Of a stretch of 32,000 bases of DNA, positions 30,368 to 32,000 are shown in pieces. Position 1 is the stretch's first letter; each line of letters opens with the position of its first letter. The notes under the pieces are model-generated. The model was not told the origin of the DNA, made no database searches, and saw only the letters and a program-made list of their open reading frames with translations. The stretch covers positions 2,400,001-2,432,000 of the forward strand of contig NC_008340.1 of assembly GCF_000014785.1 (NCBI RefSeq). The letters are read 5' to 3'. The translations under genes and the position numbers were made by a program. This DNA is from Alkalilimnicola ehrlichii MLHE-1 (lineage in GTDB: Bacteria; Pseudomonadota; Gammaproteobacteria; Nitrococcales; Halorhodospiraceae).

Positions 30368-30815
30368 AGCGGCGCTCGCCCTCCGCCACCAGCCCCGCCA
30401 GTCGCAGCAGCGGTCGCCGGAAACGGGGGGGCAACGCCTCGGGATCGAGCTGGTCCAGGGCGTTCTTCGCCATCAGGCCCAGCTCGGTATCACCCTGAAT
30501 ACTCAGCCGCCGCTGGAAGAAGAGCGTATCCGGGTCGGCGCACTCGCCGGCCATCAGCAGGAAGGCCCCGAGGTCGCCGCGGATGGAGGCCTCCGGCTCG
30601 CACCCGTGGGCCGCCACCAGCCGCCCGTCCCGCCAGCTCAACGGCAGGGCCAGGCCCCAGTCCCTCAGCCGCACCTCCAGGCAGCGCGCCTCCAGGAAGT
30701 CGAACACCCCATCCGCCAGGGGGTCGGCCAGTGCCTGGTTGATCAGCCCTACAAGCACCCGGTCCAGGCGCCGCTTGAGGAATCGTGCCCCGGGGGGCGT
30801 TGGCAGATGCGTCAT
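30342..30815 (-). CDS. ubiT: SCP2-domain ubiquinone biosynthesis accessory factor UbiT (YhbT-like)
   Basis: DPDTLFFQRRLSIQGDTELGLMAKNALD is near-identical to the E. coli YhbT core as recalled. The ATG at 30815 overlaps the ubiV stop (ATGA) and is preceded by AGGAGG. Confidence 0.85.
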   Translation of the reverse strand: MTHLPTPPGARFLKRRLDRVLVGLINQALADPLADGVFDFLEARCLEVRLRDWGLALPLSWRDGRLVAAHGCEPEASIRGDLGAFLLMAGECADPDTLFFQRRLSIQGDTELGLMAKNALDQLDPEALPPRFRRPLLRLAGLVAEGERRFRPSEPSA

Positions 30816-31729
30816 ACCTGTTCCTCCTGCTCTTGTGCCTGGCGAGCCAGCCGTGCCATGCCAGCCTCGCCGAACCAGTAGCCATCGCAACAGGCCGCCG
30901 GGTCCAGTCCCGGGATCAGGGCCGGCGCCGGCCGGCCCGCGGCGACCGCCGCGTAGGCGTGCACTACCGCGGCCATATCCTCGCCCCAGGGACTCAGACG
31001 GATGGCGGTGGCCCCCGCGTCGCGGACGGAGTCCAGGGCGTCCAGCAGGTGCAGCCAGCGGCCGGACTGCAGTTGGATGCCGTTGATACGCAGGAACTCA
31101 TCGCCGTCCCGGGTGGCCATGGGCAGGCCGCTGGGGTGTTCCAGGCAGCGAAAGCCGCATTGATCCTTGGGCCGGTCCACCGCCCGGGCGGTAAAGCACC
31201 GCGCCGACCAGGCCAGCGGTAGCGGGCCGAAGACCTGAACCTCGACCTCCAGGCCCTCGGCCGCCTGCCCCAGTCCGTCAACATTGTCGCGGACCATCTC
31301 CTCCGGCATCTCCACCGGGGGCACCCAGACCCGCATCCCCGCCGATTGCAGCACTGCCAGGGTGCGGGGGTTGTAGACATTCAGGGTGGGCCCGGCGACG
31401 AAGGCGGCACCCGCCTCCCGCGCCAACTGCACCGCCCCCATGTCGTTGGCCTCCACCCGGAATTCGCCGTTCTCGCACAGGCGCCGGACCACGCCCATCT
31501 CCGAACGCGCCTCCACCAGCGCCAGGCTGGAGAGCACCACCGCCTTACCGGCCTGGCGCAGCTCCCGGCCCAAGCCGATCCAGTCATCCAGGCTGAAGGC
31601 GCGGCGCTTGCTGCACACCGTCTCCCCCAGATAAACGGTATCCACCGGCCAGTCGGCCACCGACTGGTAGAAGGCGCTCAGGCGCTCGGCCGGCCAGTAA
31701 TAGGGCACCGGCCCCAGGGTCACTTGCAT
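30812..31729 (-). CDS. ubiV: U32-family protein UbiV (YhbV-like), O2-independent ubiquinone hydroxylation
   Basis: MQVTLGPVPYYWP..., YLGETVCSKRR, and WSARCFTARAVDRPKDQCGFRC carry the four Cys that bind the Fe-S cluster in E. coli UbiV. Start 31729 has a GGGAG SD. The in-frame ATG 31750 overlapping the ubiU stop is an alternative. Confidence 0.85.
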   Translation of the reverse strand: MQVTLGPVPYYWPAERLSAFYQSVADWPVDTVYLGETVCSKRRAFSLDDWIGLGRELRQAGKAVVLSSLALVEARSEMGVVRRLCENGEFRVEANDMGAVQLAREAGAAFVAGPTLNVYNPRTLAVLQSAGMRVWVPPVEMPEEMVRDNVDGLGQAAEGLEVEVQVFGPLPLAWSARCFTARAVDRPKDQCGFRCLEHPSGLPMATRDGDEFLRINGIQLQSGRWLHLLDALDSVRDAGATAIRLSPWGEDMAAVVHAYAAVAAGRPAPALIPGLDPAACCDGYWFGEAGMARLARQAQEQEEQV

Positions 31730-31746
31730 GGGCATTCGCTCCCGCA

Positions 31747-32000
31747 TCATTGCCAGCTCCGGTGATAGGCGCCGAGGGTGGTCTGGGCCCCTTCCGACAG
31801 CTCCGCCAGGGTGCTCATCCAGTCCTCGCGCGGGCGAAAGCCGTTCCGGTCGGCCTGGCAGGCGTCGATCGCCTGGCGCCAGATCCGCGCCACCTGGGCC
31901 ACGTAGGCGGGACTGCGCTGGCGGCCCTCAATCTTCACCGCGCTGATGCCGGCGGCCATCAGCTCCGGCAGCAGGCCGAGGGTGTTGAGGCTGGTGGGCG
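31747..32000 (-). CDS. ubiU: U32-family protein UbiU (YhbU-like), C-terminal part only (5' end beyond window)
   Basis: The frame is open to the window edge. ...TSLNTLGLLPELMAAGISAVKIEGRQRSPAYVAQVARIWRQAID...SEGAQTTLGAYHRSWQ matches the E. coli YhbU C-terminus as recalled. Confidence 0.8.
   Translation of the reverse strand, partial: PTSLNTLGLLPELMAAGISAVKIEGRQRSPAYVAQVARIWRQAIDACQADRNGFRPREDWMSTLAELSEGAQTTLGAYHRSWQ

Overview
The window is a GC-rich chromosomal segment (roughly two-thirds G+C by eye, not computed) that looks gammaproteobacterial, possibly from an Ectothiorhodospiraceae-like denitrifying haloalkaliphile; that taxonomic guess is weak. It is densely coding. I saw no rRNA, tRNA, CRISPR, transposase or integrase signal.

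Gene content, left to right:
- fadL (3' part) and an orphan cysH.
- A complete cytochrome-c-type nitric-oxide reductase locus, with norE-norF divergent from norC-norB-norQ-norD.
- Two small membrane-protein genes.
- A large uncharacterised PEP/pyruvate-binding (ATP-grasp) protein with a degenerate KaiC/RecA-like N-domain.
- gdhA.
- A six-gene minus-strand fatty-acid beta-oxidation cluster: psrA-like TetR regulator, fadE paralog, acyl-CoA ligase, reversed-domain hydroxyacyl-CoA dehydrogenase/enoyl-CoA hydratase, thiolase, second fadE paralog.
- cbpA-cbpM, then metH.
- An FNR/ANR-type regulator, converging on ubiU-ubiV-ubiT, the O2-independent ubiquinone hydroxylation system. ubiU is cut by the window edge.

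Most noteworthy:
1. The ubiUVT operon lies next to fnr and in the same window as cNOR, giving an anaerobic-respiration theme.
2. The 879-aa PEP-binding fusion protein has no known function.
3. Several clear candidate regulatory sites are readable by eye: PsrA-type palindromes, an NsrR-like 11-1-11 repeat and an FNR/DNR-like box in the nor divergent promoter, NtrC-like boxes at gdhA, a sigma-32-like promoter at cbpA, and a perfect 14-bp stem-loop between norB and norQ.

All regulatory calls rest on consensus sequences recalled from the literature. No search or statistical test was run.
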